Shown here: piece by piece, positions 23,519-36,328 of the stretch
How the letters are laid out: each line of letters opens with the position of its first letter
Numbering within the stretch: position 1 is the stretch's first letter
Source: Takakia lepidozioides
Taxonomy: Eukaryota > Plantae > Bryophyta
Length of the DNA stretch: 64,000 nt
NCBI GenBank assembly: GCA_030704615.1
Contig: CM060732.1
Location: 77,934,001 to 77,998,000 of the forward strand
Reading direction: 5' to 3'
Translations under genes and position numbers: made by a program
Notes under the pieces: model-generated
Told to the model about the DNA's origin: nothing
The model's input: the letters and a program-made list of their open reading frames with translations, nothing else
Database searches by the model: none

Positions 23519-23603
23519 TCGTAAAGACCCGGCCAGGAATTTTTAGTTAGAGAGGATTGAACAGTCGTAAAGACCCGGCCAGGATTTTTTAGTTAGAGAG
23601 GAT
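23519..23603. repeat. 39-bp direct duplication (46-bp period) with filler
   Basis: TCGTAAAGACCCGGCCAGGAWTTTTTAGTTAGAGAGGAT at 23519-23557 and 23565-23603. Confidence 0.9.
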
Positions 23604-23636
23604 GGCGCCTTATGGGGAGGGATTTTCCTGCCAGGT

Positions 23637-23715
23637 GAGCATGGAACCTTAAGCTGCGTAAGGTTCCTCCTCTCCTCGAGAGGAAGGCACCTTACGTCGG
23701 GTAAGGTTCATGCTC
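23637..23715. repeat. 79-bp imperfect palindrome (collapsed TIR pair or fold-back)
   Basis: GAGCATGGAACCTTA...CCTCTC pairs with GAGAGG...TAAGGTTCATGCTC. Confidence 0.8.
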
Positions 23716-24064
23716 TTGTGAGCGGTCAGATTGAGATGATCTGAGCCCTCCATGGTAAGAAAATCCCGATCACTGATGACATGATGGTATTGGTGTAGCA
23801 TCCGCTATCTGATATGTATGAGTTCTTCTAAACTCGCTATTTATCAATTTGTTGCGACCTCCATTAAAAACTTCTGAGAAATGGATGTTTCTTAAAAAAG
23901 GAGCAAAGTCTTTTATATTTTCAAAAATAATTTAATTTTCCTCCTGAAAATATTGATATATGTATATATAACAAAATAATGGATGGTATCATGCTTACTA
24001 TTTATTGACATACCCATATATATAATATATAATATATATATATTTCGTTTCTTTAGAGAACAGG

Positions 24065-25869
24065 GACAGAGGCATGGTAGAAGAAGACCGAGTCCGGGTT
24101 TTGATCTTTCCACATACGGACGGATTGTGCGTCATTAGCGTGTTTTTTGAAGGTTTGCCAGGCTCGATTTCGGACATCCAGCTCGAGGAGAAAGTCGTTC
24201 CGTGTCTATGCATCTCCCAAGCCAGTGTTCTGCATGACGTGCTTCTTGTGTTCAATCATGACTTGCGCGACACTCAAGCCTCGGGACAAACATTCCATGA
24301 TCCACTTTTTCAGCTCCTCGCTAATATGTGGAGCATAAGCATATCGGGTGAACTGGAACTCAGCATATCCGCCATGAGAGGGTTTTCCGGACACATCCAA
24401 GTGTTGCATGTTGTTATAATATGTGATGACCCCAATGTCTGGAGCAAGATAACATTGCGAAACTTTGAAACAACAAAGACAACCACGCTTGTAAGACTCG
24501 CCGTATAATTTCGCTTTAGTGTCCAACACCTTGAACTTGGGACCACGCAGTGATTTGAGCATTCTGATTTTTGAAGCTGTCTTCAAACATGATTTCGTTG
24601 CCTCTAGGTTCGAAGCCTCAACCTCCAAGACGAGGAAATACGCGTCACAGTGGTGACCCATCATCTTGAGAACGTCGGCGTGATGTTGAAGGTCGCCCAT
24701 GTATCCAGAGTGACTCTCGTTCTTCCAGTAAAGATCTTTGTAGGAAAATGACATATCCTTTGGTATTTGAAGACATTGTCGCAGTGGACGTATAAGAAAG
24801 CTTTCTGGTTGGGCATCGACGGCCGCTGCCATATACACTACAGTACCCCTTCGCGCATTCGAAAGCACCTACAATACGACATGCAAAAGTGGAAGTGAAA
24901 AACGACAACACACACATTCTTGGCAAGATGGAAGCGCGTTGCCAGGAACAGACCAGATGGAAGGACAGATCGATGAAACAGTCTTCGCCCACGATTGGCG
25001 GCCGCTGCCATGCCCTAAAATCCGAGTGGCTAGGATAGCAGCGCGGCTTCACGATCAGATGGACGCCATGTCATCTAGGGTGTGTTTGGGTCTGCCGGAT
25101 CGGGCTGCTCTGCGGGCAAACCCAACAGACCTATCCGGGGCAGACCCAGCTTCACCAGACCCAGACCGTGACCGGGCAAACCCAGCGGGGACCCGATGGC
25201 GGACGGAGCCAGTGGCGACCGCGGGCGGGCTGGGCCGTGGGTGGCAGCGGCGTTGCCGACCGCGCAACGCGCTTGCAGGTCGGGGCGGGCGACCCCACGT
25301 CCCTGCGGCCGTGCGCGTCCTGTCTCACACGCGAGACATAAACTCCCAATTATTAAAAAATGAGAGGCATTATTATTTGCATGGATAAAATATAAAAATA
25401 GGAATTAAAAATGTGCTTCCTCCCCTGTCTCCTTAAGAAAAAAAAGAGTTCTACCATCACTGACTATGGTGCACTGTTTTATTTCTTCACTTTTCCAAAA
25501 TCGCCACAAAGGCTACACGTAAATTCTACCCAATGCCCATGTGGCGAGAATAACGAGGTGGCAGGGTTGGAAAAGTGGCTAAAACAGGTGTCAAATTTTA
25601 ACAGGTCCAAGTAGGAAAATTCTGGCTCCTGATATTTAACCATTGGCGCTGTTTTTGATTTTTACTCCCATAATTCCTTTATAAAAGTAGCAGACCCCTT
25701 TTTCCATGTAGAAATCTGGCAATTTTTCGCCAGATTTAAAAACATTGCTACGGTGTGTGTGCCTTCATGGTGTACCTCTGGGGTTTTAATTTTTTTCCCC
25801 TCAAAGTTCTTAAAAAAGTGAGGTAATCGTCCCTTACAGTTAAATGGTATTGCAAGGGACAATTACCCC
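24065..25869 (-). mobile_element. Truncated Mutator-like element: 5' end and N-terminal transposase region only
   Basis: KRGCLCCFKV...H.D..G.P.HG...APHIS..L..WI...L..G...H...RNDFL...DV...KHANDAQSVRMW..NPDSVFFY is the N-terminal region of plant MULE/SWIM transposases. Stop at ~24206; breaks off at ~24065 before the DDE domain. TIR-like GGGGTAATTGTCCC at 25869-25856. Confidence 0.75.
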
Positions 25870-26422
25870 ATATCCATTTTTGCACAGTTGATCCTGGGCT
25901 CAAATCCAGATAAGGCCATATGGGATACCTTCAGACAGAAGACTATACATAGCATGTCACGTGGGTCGGCCCCACTGTACTCTCCAGATACCGGCTAAGA
26001 ACAATTAATTAAAAAAGTAAATTGAAATATAAAAGACAAAGAGATGTAGAAAGGTGGCTTGTGACTTCATCCGTTGTCGACAGGAAGCATGGATGGAAAG
26101 AGCATGGACGGATGGAAAGAGCTTCAGCTCCGGGATGAGAACAGAGACGTGATACCTGTTGTGTATGTATTGGACGGTGTTCGTATATACGTATACGCCT
26201 TCGTGGTCGCATGGCGGTGCAGCTTACCGCGATGGCGTGCTGAGCTGAATTGTGGAAGGACGAGGTTTTCTTCGCATGCGGGTGCCGCTTTGAGCTCACC
26301 TCGGTACGTTCCTGTTCTCAGAAAATTGTAGTGAAGCGGTTTCGGGTGGACTTTTTTGACTCCTTGTTGTTTTTATCTTTGGAGAGAACAGTTGTAGGAT
26401 TGCATTGACTGCGTGGAGGATT

Positions 26423-26448
26423 GAGAGAGAGAGAGAGAGAGAGAGAGA
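26423..26448. repeat. (GA)n microsatellite
   Basis: Directly visible. Confidence 0.95.
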
Positions 26449-27585
26449 TGTCTTTAAATTGAAAAGGGAAAATAGTTTCGGGAGACCACGTATGTAAAGG
26501 TAGAACTGGGTTTTGTTGTGGGTAAGCATGGTCTATATAGCAGGCAGTTTTCCCTTCTGGAACTGCTTGGCACTCCATGTTTTTCCCTGTTCAATTTGCA
26601 GCAATTAGCTGAAGCTGGAGCTCACTTGAAGTGATAGTGAGAAGTATGGGGATCACAAGAATTCTGTTAGATGTCTCTCTCCTACAAGACAGAGCGGAAT
26701 GGAACCGACAAAAATCATCGATCAATTCGACGAGTAGCTGAACAAATCGGATTGTGACATTGTGTTTGACGTGACTGCAATGTCTTTCTTTCTCTTTCTC
26801 TCTCTATTCCCCAATTATGGCAGGCAGTGAGCTAAGTTGAGGAAATGTGAAATGTGAGATGTGAATGTCCAATTATGTATCTCAACAACTGCGTCCCGGG
26901 TCATGCTAACCCCAACAACTGCATCCTTGCATTGGGAGTCCCTACCCTTTTAAGTCACTAACGTTACGCTCTCTATTAAAGTTAAGCGAATTTGAATTTG
27001 CTGTTGCTGCACCACTCTTAGCAGCAGCATTTTCCTAGAATCTCACAACCACTGTCCTTAAAGTCTTGTCCTTTTTTATCATCTTTTGGAGGAACCCATT
27101 TTGATCTTCTTTTTCCATGATCGCTTGTGCAGTTTATGGGCACAAGATACAAGTTAGCCCAAGAAAACTGGGTTTCGAAGTTCAGTCATTTCCTGGCGCC
27201 CTTTGCAAGTCTTTGAGATCTGGTGGTAGTTCGAAGAGAATGTTCAGTGAGAGAATACAGCTCTGTACGACTTCGAAGGATTTGAAATACAGAACTGTAT
27301 GTCCAATTAGGGGAGTGTGACAATGCTGGCGGGCTCCCCACCTGAAGACATTTCCTATTGAGTGCATATACAAAGAACTTGTGTAATATTATCACGTCTG
27401 GCATACGGGCGATCAGGGACATGATGATCTCGCTAAATCGGAAAGGATTTGCAGGTGGTCGGTTGGAGAATTGAGAAGTTTTGAAAAATCTCAATTTCCT
27501 TCCGAGATCTCAACCTCTTATTTCGACATAGGTAACTTCTTAGTTGGAGTTTGGTTACCAGGAGACACCATTCACCTTTGAGAGA

Positions 27586-30500
27586 ATGTGGTTTTTTCCG
27601 GCTATGGGATCCCTGTCACGCTGCTATAGGGAATGCCAAAGATCCAAGGGTGTGTTCTCATATGAGAATTTTGAGTCTTGGGGTCCTTCAATGCCGGTTG
27701 CCATTTTTGCTGGCTTCATTACTGCGTATGTCTGGGTACGAGTGAAGCCGCTTGTTACTGAGCATCCAGATGAAAGACAGATAACTGATAGTCAGGACTT
27801 CAAAGAGGTGAGGGCATTCTTCAAATGGTTATATGATCATGTGGCCGAGATATGGTATGCGTCGCCCTGGCCATTTACAAAGAGGAGCACCCCGGAGGGA
27901 AAAAGGAATAGGGAAAATGAACACACTGTTTTGGAAGCAGAGAGAATGTCAAAAGAAGGTGAGGACCTTTTGCTGTCCAAAGGAATCACAGATGGAGCAA
28001 CGAAGCCACTCTCGACTGAGACTGTCTTGGGGACCGTGGCGTTCAAGAAACATATTGCGAAAGATGATGTGGACAAACTCAAGCAGAAGCTCAATGACAT
28101 GAGTAATGGGCCAGTCCACCATGTCGTAGAGTCTTCCACACTTTTGCAAACGAGGCTTCCCATAACTGCTGACCTTTTAACGGAGGCAATGGAGCTTGCA
28201 AAGGATGGAATTGAGTTTGACAAACAGTGCACCCTGCAGCTGGGGAGCTGGGGGATCATTTTGCAAAGAGGTGAGAACTTGAAACGGGAAGATCTCCGTA
28301 GATCAGCTTCCAGACATGTTACAACTAAAGCATACCCCAACTTATGGGTTAAGCCTAAATCAGCTTCACTCAGATACCCAGATAGGTCAACATTCCTTGA
28401 ATTATGGTTGGCTTGCTCAAGGTGCTCATTTCCTGAGTGTTTGATGTGACAAGGATTTCCTTCAACCTCAATTTATTTGACTACATTGGCCACAGTTTTG
28501 CATTGACTGCAGAAAACAAGGTCGAGTTACTTAAATTTCAAGGTGGCCACGTGCCAGTACTGTTGGGTGCAACCCGTGAAGCAGGTATAGTTCATACATC
28601 TCTCTTCATGTAGCAGTCACTTTAAGTGCAAGTGAATGGAAAAGAGCCAAAGTATCTGCTTCCTATGATTAATGGACCTTGAAGTGAATCGTCCTCAATA
28701 TGAAATAAAGCATACATGAATGGAAGTCTTTGTTAAATTGGCAAGAATGAATGCTAACTGTTGTAAATTACCAAATTCTATAAGAGGGGCATGGTATCCT
28801 TTGCATAATATGTGAACTTTTCTGTGTTCATTGTTCGTATCAGAATGTACCCATAAGACGTCGTTTTCAATAGACTTGTGGCCATAGACCCGCCGCCAGT
28901 TTGGGCAGAACAAAAGGGAACAGATACTCCTCTTGTGAGGGGCTTACTCGGTAGTGTGACTTACCATTATACAGACAATTAGTTCGGGTTTTCCCTCTAG
29001 AAAGCCCTTCACACAGGCATCACCTTACTGTGTGTGAGCTGCCCAGCAATTAGACCCCAACAGGGCCAGGGCTTTAGACTCAGCCTCAAGATTTTCAAAG
29101 TTGGTGAACAGAGGTGCGTGGACAATGTTCTTGATGTTCCTGAAGAGGGTCACTCTCTGGTGAGACTATCCCAGACAATGTATCCGAAAGTGGATGTTGT
29201 CTTCAAGCTGCCCGCACATTGGGCAATTACAATCTCCTCTTCCTTCCTGAATCTGTTTAATTGTTCAAAGGTAGGCGTCCCGCTCTAAATTTAAATTTCA
29301 GTCTAGTGCCGTGGGTCGGTAGGCCCTTGAGATCATCCTTAAGGTCCTCGCCTATGGCACAGACTGGAAACAAGTTCAGGGAAGTTGTATGCCTAACTTC
29401 ATTTTCATCGGACAGTCTTTGGGCATCCGTCATGGCATTAGACACTGCAACCTCTAGGTCGGCTTCATCTAGCAGGATCAGATCTTCTGGGCTAATATTC
29501 AGATACTTGAAGATCGCTTCTGCCCTCTTCCGTCAGGACTTAGCCTGCTTAACAGGACGGTGACTGGTCTTGCTTTGAAGAAACAGCAATTAGCTTAGGG
29601 TATGTGATTCAAATGACCTCACCATCTGACCTTGAACTCATCACTTCTACAGCTTAAGGGAGGTATGCCAAACTCGCCCTGAACAGCCATGTTAGCTGTT
29701 CTAGATATTCTCTCTTTGAGCACCGCAATCTGAATAGATTCTAGAGATTTAGCATGGTTAGAGTTATCTGCCCACACGGCAGATGCGCACTCCAAGGCAG
29801 GCAAAGCATGGTCCTAATTAAAAACCTCTGCAGTGGAAAAATGCAGGGAGGCCCAAAGCTTTGTGTTTAGCTGTTTGAACCACTTTCTGTGTATGCTACT
29901 CCCATTTGCAACTGGAAGAAAACCCAACGCCAAGATATGTGTAGGAAAGGAGCAGAAGGATCTCTTGACTCACCCACGCCCATTTGAGATCCCCACCTCC
30001 TTTCCCATGCACTTTGAAAGCCACCACTGATGATGGCAGGGTTTACCAAGCATAGGTGTGGTAGGAATGCTTTGGAGACCGATGAGCAAATGCTGTGGAG
30101 GGGTGGAGCCCAACTACATCACGTTTTTGGCTTAGAGCCTCCATGGGTCAAAAGTACCTCTTCACGCAATGAATAACTCCTGAAAATTGGATTGGGTATC
30201 TCCTAGGCCTGCCAAGTCATCAGCAAACATAAGGGCAGAAATGGTGGCATGACCCACCTTTAACCCAAACCCCTCATTTCCACATCTTGAAGTAACTGAT
30301 TAATGAAAACATTGAAGAGCAGTGGGGAGGGAGTACAGCCTTGAGCTACACCTTGGTCAATATCAAAGAAGTTAGATGGTTCAGAGAAAGACAAAAATAT
30401 GGTTTGGGGGTTTCAGCTACGACATTTTTTACATCATCTGTGGTAGCGAGCTAATGGAGGAGAGATGAGATGATTTTATTGTGTACCCTTGATTCAGGCT

Positions 30501-31190
30501 GTGCTGAAGATCTGAGCTTGTGCTACTTATTTACAGAATTGAAAGTTCTACTGCTAATGCCCTCATGTTTTGGCCTGCATTTTGACCAGAGCAAGAGCTG
30601 AGAGTGGAGGGCCTTTTCCTGGAAGGTGTACAGATGTGGGCTGCAACAGTGGACAAAAGTGTGCCGTTGACAAACAAATCTCTGATAAAAGTACTTATCT
30701 GGTATCTAGCCATTTGTCTACTGGTGTGACAATGTATAGACGCGTGTCTAAAAGCTTAACACTCAAGGGGCTGTAATGCTCATCTTTGAGATCAATCAAA
30801 TGTGTGTGCCACATAGAGAGCTGTTTCTATGTGTCTATATGCTCAACTTAAACCCTGGTGGGTGTGCACCACAAAAGGCCCCGGGAGGGTTAGTTTCCCG
30901 TGGGGTCAATGGCCATAAGGCTATGGCAAGCCAACCTTTGCAGGGAATGGCACGAGTACATTCTATATGCTCAACTTGCCATCATTGTGGAACATGTATG
31001 TTACAGGGTGGGTTTGCCCATGACCAAGGGGCAGGATGGATGGACGTGCTTTTTGTGATAGAGCCTCCCAAGTTTGATGATGCTTCAATGCTCTATGCAA
31101 TGAAAAGTGTGGAGTTCGAAGGAAGGTCACTGAGTCTGCGGAGTGGTTTCATTCCTACTGGCCCCCGCCAACGAAAACTTCGAAATATGG
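27586..31190 (+). CDS. Uncharacterised spliced coding block (may be the 5' part of the TPR-HMA gene)
   Basis: Long open exon 27586-28270 with a hydrophobic segment (MPVAIFAGFITAYVWV). In-frame GT-AG exons ~28513-28584, ~30589-30690, ~31007-31190. No recognisable domain; link to downstream exons unresolved. Confidence 0.45.
28845..30390 (-). mobile_element. Decayed 5'-truncated LINE (RT domain to 3' end) in intron
   Basis: Minus strand GVAQGC..SPLLFNVFIN, LMFADDL, AVQGEFGIPPL, LKFKFRAG, EDNIHF.IHC. Same 3' end (TATGRGTACATTC) as the copy at 32839. Confidence 0.85.
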
Positions 31191-31700
31191 GTACGTGCCT
31201 GGTTTTTTATTTTTTCTTTTCTCTTTTGCCCTGTTTGAAGGATTGATAAGTAGTATCCTCCAAATTCAAAGTGTGTATTTAAACCTTTTTGAGTTTAAGA
31301 GCTTACCTTCCAGAAGCCAGACACACCTGGCAGAGATTCTAGATTTTTTCTTCCCCTAGCCTTGTGACCATAGACCCCGTTAGGACTTTTTGCTGGAATA
31401 ACAGGAAGAGTGGAGGGAGGAGAGAAAAATAGGAGGAGATAATGAGAGAAAGAGAGGGAAGAGTTAATGATAACACCCCTTTCATGCTAATTAAGAGTGG
31501 TGGCCTCAAATTCTCACTCCCTGTTCCACATTAATGCACTCCCACTGTTTTAAGGTATCTTCTCTCAGCTAACTTACGGGTCTGCTATTAAGAGTCCAGA
31601 TTTCAGAAAGCCACAGTTTTTTTTTCTTCTGACACTACCATCAGTCTTCGTGTGGAGAGGAAGTCAACTGTCAATCATTTGTTTTTCGTTTTGACCCCAG

Positions 31701-34700
31701 AAGTATTTGTCCTTGCTAACACCACATGTTCCTGTGACAGAAACGTCAAGTGTTTATTTCCTGGCAGCAATAGTTGTGGTGATTGTTATGTTGCCCAAAA
31801 GTTTCTGGTGGCCTATTTTCGGGAAGGTCCTCCTACCTCTTTTGCAGCTTGTAGCAATGGCTGCAGGCTGGGTGTTATGTCGGTACTTGTTGCTTGGAGA
31901 GTGGCCTGTTGAGAGGTAAGGTTCTTTCTGACATTTCTCTCTCCTGTTCAGATGTACACAACATGCATTGAACTAGTATTAGAGTCCATAATGTATTGTG
32001 GTATCGAACTCTATAACAGTGCCATGAAATTGGCATGCACATAGCAGGGTTGGATTTTAGCTAAGGTTCACATTGAAGCGGTAAGTCCTGCAAATTTTTC
32101 ACCAGTGTAAGTTGTAGCAATTGACCAGTGAGAGGTCACCACTGACAATTTTGAATGGTTAATACTTAGTTAAATGAAGATGATAAAACCATTTGAATTG
32201 TTATATTAAAGGTATGGCAAGCTCGTACAAGTATTTGGTGTCAAAGGGTTCTGTTGGGTTCCGCTTTCTTCCCAGGTACATTATCTGCAGATATTGTTTG
32301 ATGTAAACAGTTGGATACCGATTATTATTTGGTGCCCTTCAAAAGCGAGGATTAAGACATCAACAAGTGAAGGCCGTGGATTATTTCCCACATCCACTCC
32401 GATGGTGTCACAAACTTCTCTTTACCATGGGAAGTTCTCAAGGTCCCAACTTACAATGGTCACACTTTGCCTAATGCCAAGCAGTTGCTTTGTCTCCACA
32501 GAAAGGAGGAACCACTGATGGAGATGGGAAACTTGCGGTGGTCAGATGATTCAATCGAAACGCCGGTGGACAGGTGAGATGTCATATGCAGTACCTTCAT
32601 GCATTATTTTTGAGCAGTATCCTGAATATAGCAGACACCACTTGTCAAGCTGTGCTGTATGCCCGATAATTTGTGTAAGGCATTGTTGGACGCTGGCAAT
32701 AATTGAGAAGATTGTACTAATTGGCTGTTAATTGTGAACATTAGCTATGTCAAAACTGTTATGGCAGATCCCATGGGATGGAAACCATCTCACAGAACGA
32801 AGTTGTAACGCCCACAGTTTCCAAAGTTGTGTGAAAGAATGTACTCATAAGACGTTGTTTGCCGTAGCCTTGTGGCCATTGACCCCGCGCCCAGTTTGAG
32901 CGGAACACAAAGGGACAGAACCTACCTCTGTCAGGGGCTGACGTCGGTAGTAAGACTTACCTTGATATAGAACATTGATCCGGGTTTTCCAGATATCCTC
33001 AAGAAATCCCTTCACACAAGCATCAATCTGCTGTGTGTGGTTTGCCCAATAAGTAGGCCCCAGAAGGGCCGGGGCTTTTGGCTCAGCCTCGAGACTTTCA
33101 AAGTTGGTAAACAGAGGTACAGGCACAATTCCCTTGATAGATTTGAGGAGAGCGTCTCTCTGGTGAGAGAACCCCGGACAATGAATCAGGAAATGAATGT
33201 TGTCTTCGGGTTGCCCACCCAACAGGCAATTGCACTCTCCAAAGTTGTGTGAAAGAGACGAAGAGAGAGAGGGAGGGAGAAAGAAAGAAGAAATGAAATG
33301 AATGAAATGGAACTTTATAAGAAAGAAATGAAATGATACTTTATAACGTGGTGGAAAGCTCAAAGAGCTTATGGGACAAGAGAAAGCATGAAAGGAGAAA
33401 GATAGTGGGGCCCGCAGCCCAAAAACAACGATTTTTGAAAGGATTGTCTAAGAGTCAACGCCTCATGCTTTCTGATCCTCATAATGAAAGACCTCTGTGA
33501 GAGATTGGGAAAGAGAGCAACTTTAAAGCCTAGATTGGAAATAACTTGTCTGTAAACATAGTTTAGAGAAAAACACAAGAATACCACATCCAGCCACTAA
33601 CAACTGCCCCCAGCTCGAACAGCTTCCAACAGGACGATGAATTGGAACAAAGAAAGAAGGAAAGAAAGAAACTTTATAATGTCTGCGGAAAGCTCGAAGA
33701 GCTTATGCGACAAAGGATGGTAGAGAAAAAGAGAGGGGGGCCCCAAACCATCAGCCACCACAACCAGAAAAAGTACTCGTAGGACTAAGCTTCATACAAG
33801 TATGTTTGAGTAACAAATAAACATTAAGATGCGGTGATATGGTGACTAACATGTGTGCTTGACCTCAATGGCAGTGGTTTGAAGATTGAAGGTGGTGGCC
33901 TTAGAAAACCACCGTCTCAGAGGTTGGAGAAACAGCTAAATGACAGCAAGCACAGATTGCAGGCGCCGCCATTTGCAGAGTATCATGCAGAGTATTGGAA
34001 GAAGGGGTTGGAAGATATGGATCGGGCAGTGGAGCTTGATCCTCACAATGACCTCCCCTTGAGGTATTTGTCATCCTAGAGGCTGCTTTTTGATGCAGTC
34101 TTTCTATGGGAATAGCAAGGATACATACCAGAATATTCACACATTACAGAGTGGATGGATGATTGATGTTCCTATTGCCTGATCTGTTGGCTATGTCGTA
34201 CCCTGTTGTGGAGGTTAAAACATCCCTTCTTACAACAATTTGTTTGGACAGGATTCGGGGTTGCATCAAGGGGTTGTCATTGGATTACCAGGGAGCTATC
34301 ATGGATTTGAACAGCGCTCTTGAACTCAGAAAGGACAGCAGTATCTTCCCGGCATTTGTTGAGAGAGGTGTTTTTAAGTTTTTGCGGGGTGACTATGACG
34401 GAGCGTTTGTAGATTTCAACGAGGCCATCCATCAAGGCCCAGAGCAGTTGTCGGAAGTCAGCAGGCTTCGAAACTCAGTAAAAAAGGTTGGCCTGTCTGT
34501 CATTATGAGGAACACTCCCCTGAAATAACGGTTACAATTATAATGATGTATCCCTCTTTGGGAGATTCTGGAGTACACTCAATGCAATGGGGACATGTTT
34601 TCTGAGTGAGAGAGATATCACCAACTGGGTGGTTGTGTCTAGTGGGGCTAGTGACGACACATTAATTGGCAATCTGCTAGGTCTTGTGTACCTTTCCATT

Positions 34701-36328
34701 CAAACAGGATAATTGGCAGAATCTGTCTCTCACACCAGCTGATCTGCACGAAACACTTGTCTGAGCGACAAATTGGAAACTTGTTGTTTCTCTTTTGTGT
34801 TTCTACTTTGGACAGACTGTCCCATATTTTGTTGGGTCCTCCTGTAGACGTAATGAATTTCTTTCTCCTTGCTTCTCCCTTTGCTTTCAGTGTACACTCT
34901 CAAAATTTTAACTTTTGTGCATTTACCAAGTTCTGACTATCCCAGTTTGAAACAAGGAGTTTTACTTATTGGGATGGAGAAGAACTCCAGAGGCTACTAC
35001 GAATTCAGCCTGATCTGTTTAATGGTTTCAGGAATGATGTCAGGGGCTGGTACACTTATGTTTGTTAAGATAGTTTTGTGTATGTCTGTGGGTAGATTCT
35101 GGAGGACAAGGAGGAACTGGTCAAACTTAGAGCACAAATTGGGGAGCTGCAGTTTGAGTCAGCTGAGCTACGACTCGCATCTAGAAAAGTACAGGAAGAC
35201 GTGAGCCAGGAAACGGAAGTTGCAGAGCATTTGCCACCATTCCAGGTAGCTATTTGAAGGTCCTTGGTATTGTATATATATTCGAAGAAATTTCATGGTC
35301 GGTGATTCAATCTCTCTCTTCCCTTGTAGGTGCAGCTAAGGGCCGATTGGATTTCTCTGTCTCCTGTTTGCGTTGGTGTATGGATGCAAGAGAAAAGATT
35401 TGTACATACATAGCAGAGTAAATTGCATTGGTCTTTTGGGATGATCATGGTTGGCCTTATCATTTGAGAATGGTTGATCAACATCCTATTTTAGTTTGGA
35501 TAACAGTCAAATTCCTGTCCTGTAGGCACTTTCAAAAATATGCCAATGACACCAAGCCATGGAGTTGTGACAATAGTTGTGATGCATAGTATGAACAAGG
35601 CAGAGCCTCTTCTTAATATAATTTTTTCCATATGTGTGCAGAGAGTGGACCTACAATATAACAGTCTGTGCTGCGAGAGATGCATTGCGAAAGTCAAGGG
35701 TGCCCTCATTAACATGCCTGGTAGCTGCCCTATCCTCTCGTAACTCTTAAAGTTCTAGCTGCAGTAGTCTACTTTTCTGATCAATTAGGTGAACTTCTTC
35801 TGGATCGAATGCTAAGTGTGCCTGAAATTACCTCAAAACTGTTACCTTCGAGTAGTTATTGCTGAGCTCGAAACACTCTGAACAAAGCCAACCTGATCTT
35901 TTCATGGGGACAGTGCTATAGATACAGAGAAATTGCAGTTTGCTGGAGCACTTTAAAACATTGCATTTTTTTGGACTCCCCATCAGAGTGACTGGCTATA
36001 CTATCATAGCTTGCAAACTTGGGTTCTCTCTTATTTGATTGCCAGACAGTGGTCAAAATGGACACGACTTTTTAATTGAGTTTGGTGCTGATTGTCAGGT
36101 GTGGAGTCCATTTCTGTGGACATGTATACCAACAGAGTTAGTGTCACAGGCTATGCTCCGTCTCTCAAGCTGCTGGAAGTTGCCACGAGGATCTCTCCGA
36201 CCAAGATGATCACTCTTTTACCCCAAGCAGCTGAAATCAGGTCCGACCCAGAACCAGAGCCCAGACCCATGTTACCATACGCCACCCAAGGGATACCACA
36301 GGAAAGCCCAAAGAATCTTGAATTTTGA
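31701..36328 (+). CDS. TM-TPR-coiled-coil protein with C-terminal HMA domain
   Basis: In-frame GT-AG exons 31701-31915 (hydrophobic), 32502-32573, 33875-34063 and 34252-34486 (TPR: GLEDMDRAVELDP, GAIMDLNSALEL, ERG..K...GDYDGA..DFNEAI), 35096-35245 (heptads), 35642-35720 (LCCERC..KVKGAL) and 36099-36328 (GVESISVD..TNRVSVTG). Start not identified. Confidence 0.75.
32839..33237 (-). mobile_element. ~400-bp 5'-truncated LINE with 19-bp TSD
   Basis: TCCAAAGTTGTGTGAAAGA at 32820-32838 and 33238-33256. Encodes C..C...EDNIHFLIHC and the ORF2 C-terminus RGVNGHKATANNVL*. Homologous to 28845-29230. Confidence 0.9.
33257..33770 (-). mobile_element. Two stacked short-retroposon 3' ends with stem-loop and (TTTC/TTTCA)n tail
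   Basis: CTTTATAAYGT....GGAAAGCTCRAAGAGCTTATGSGACAA at ~33339-33379 and ~33672-33713, each preceded on + by GAAA-type repeats. Related relics at ~20480-20500 and ~20937-21018. Confidence 0.6.
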
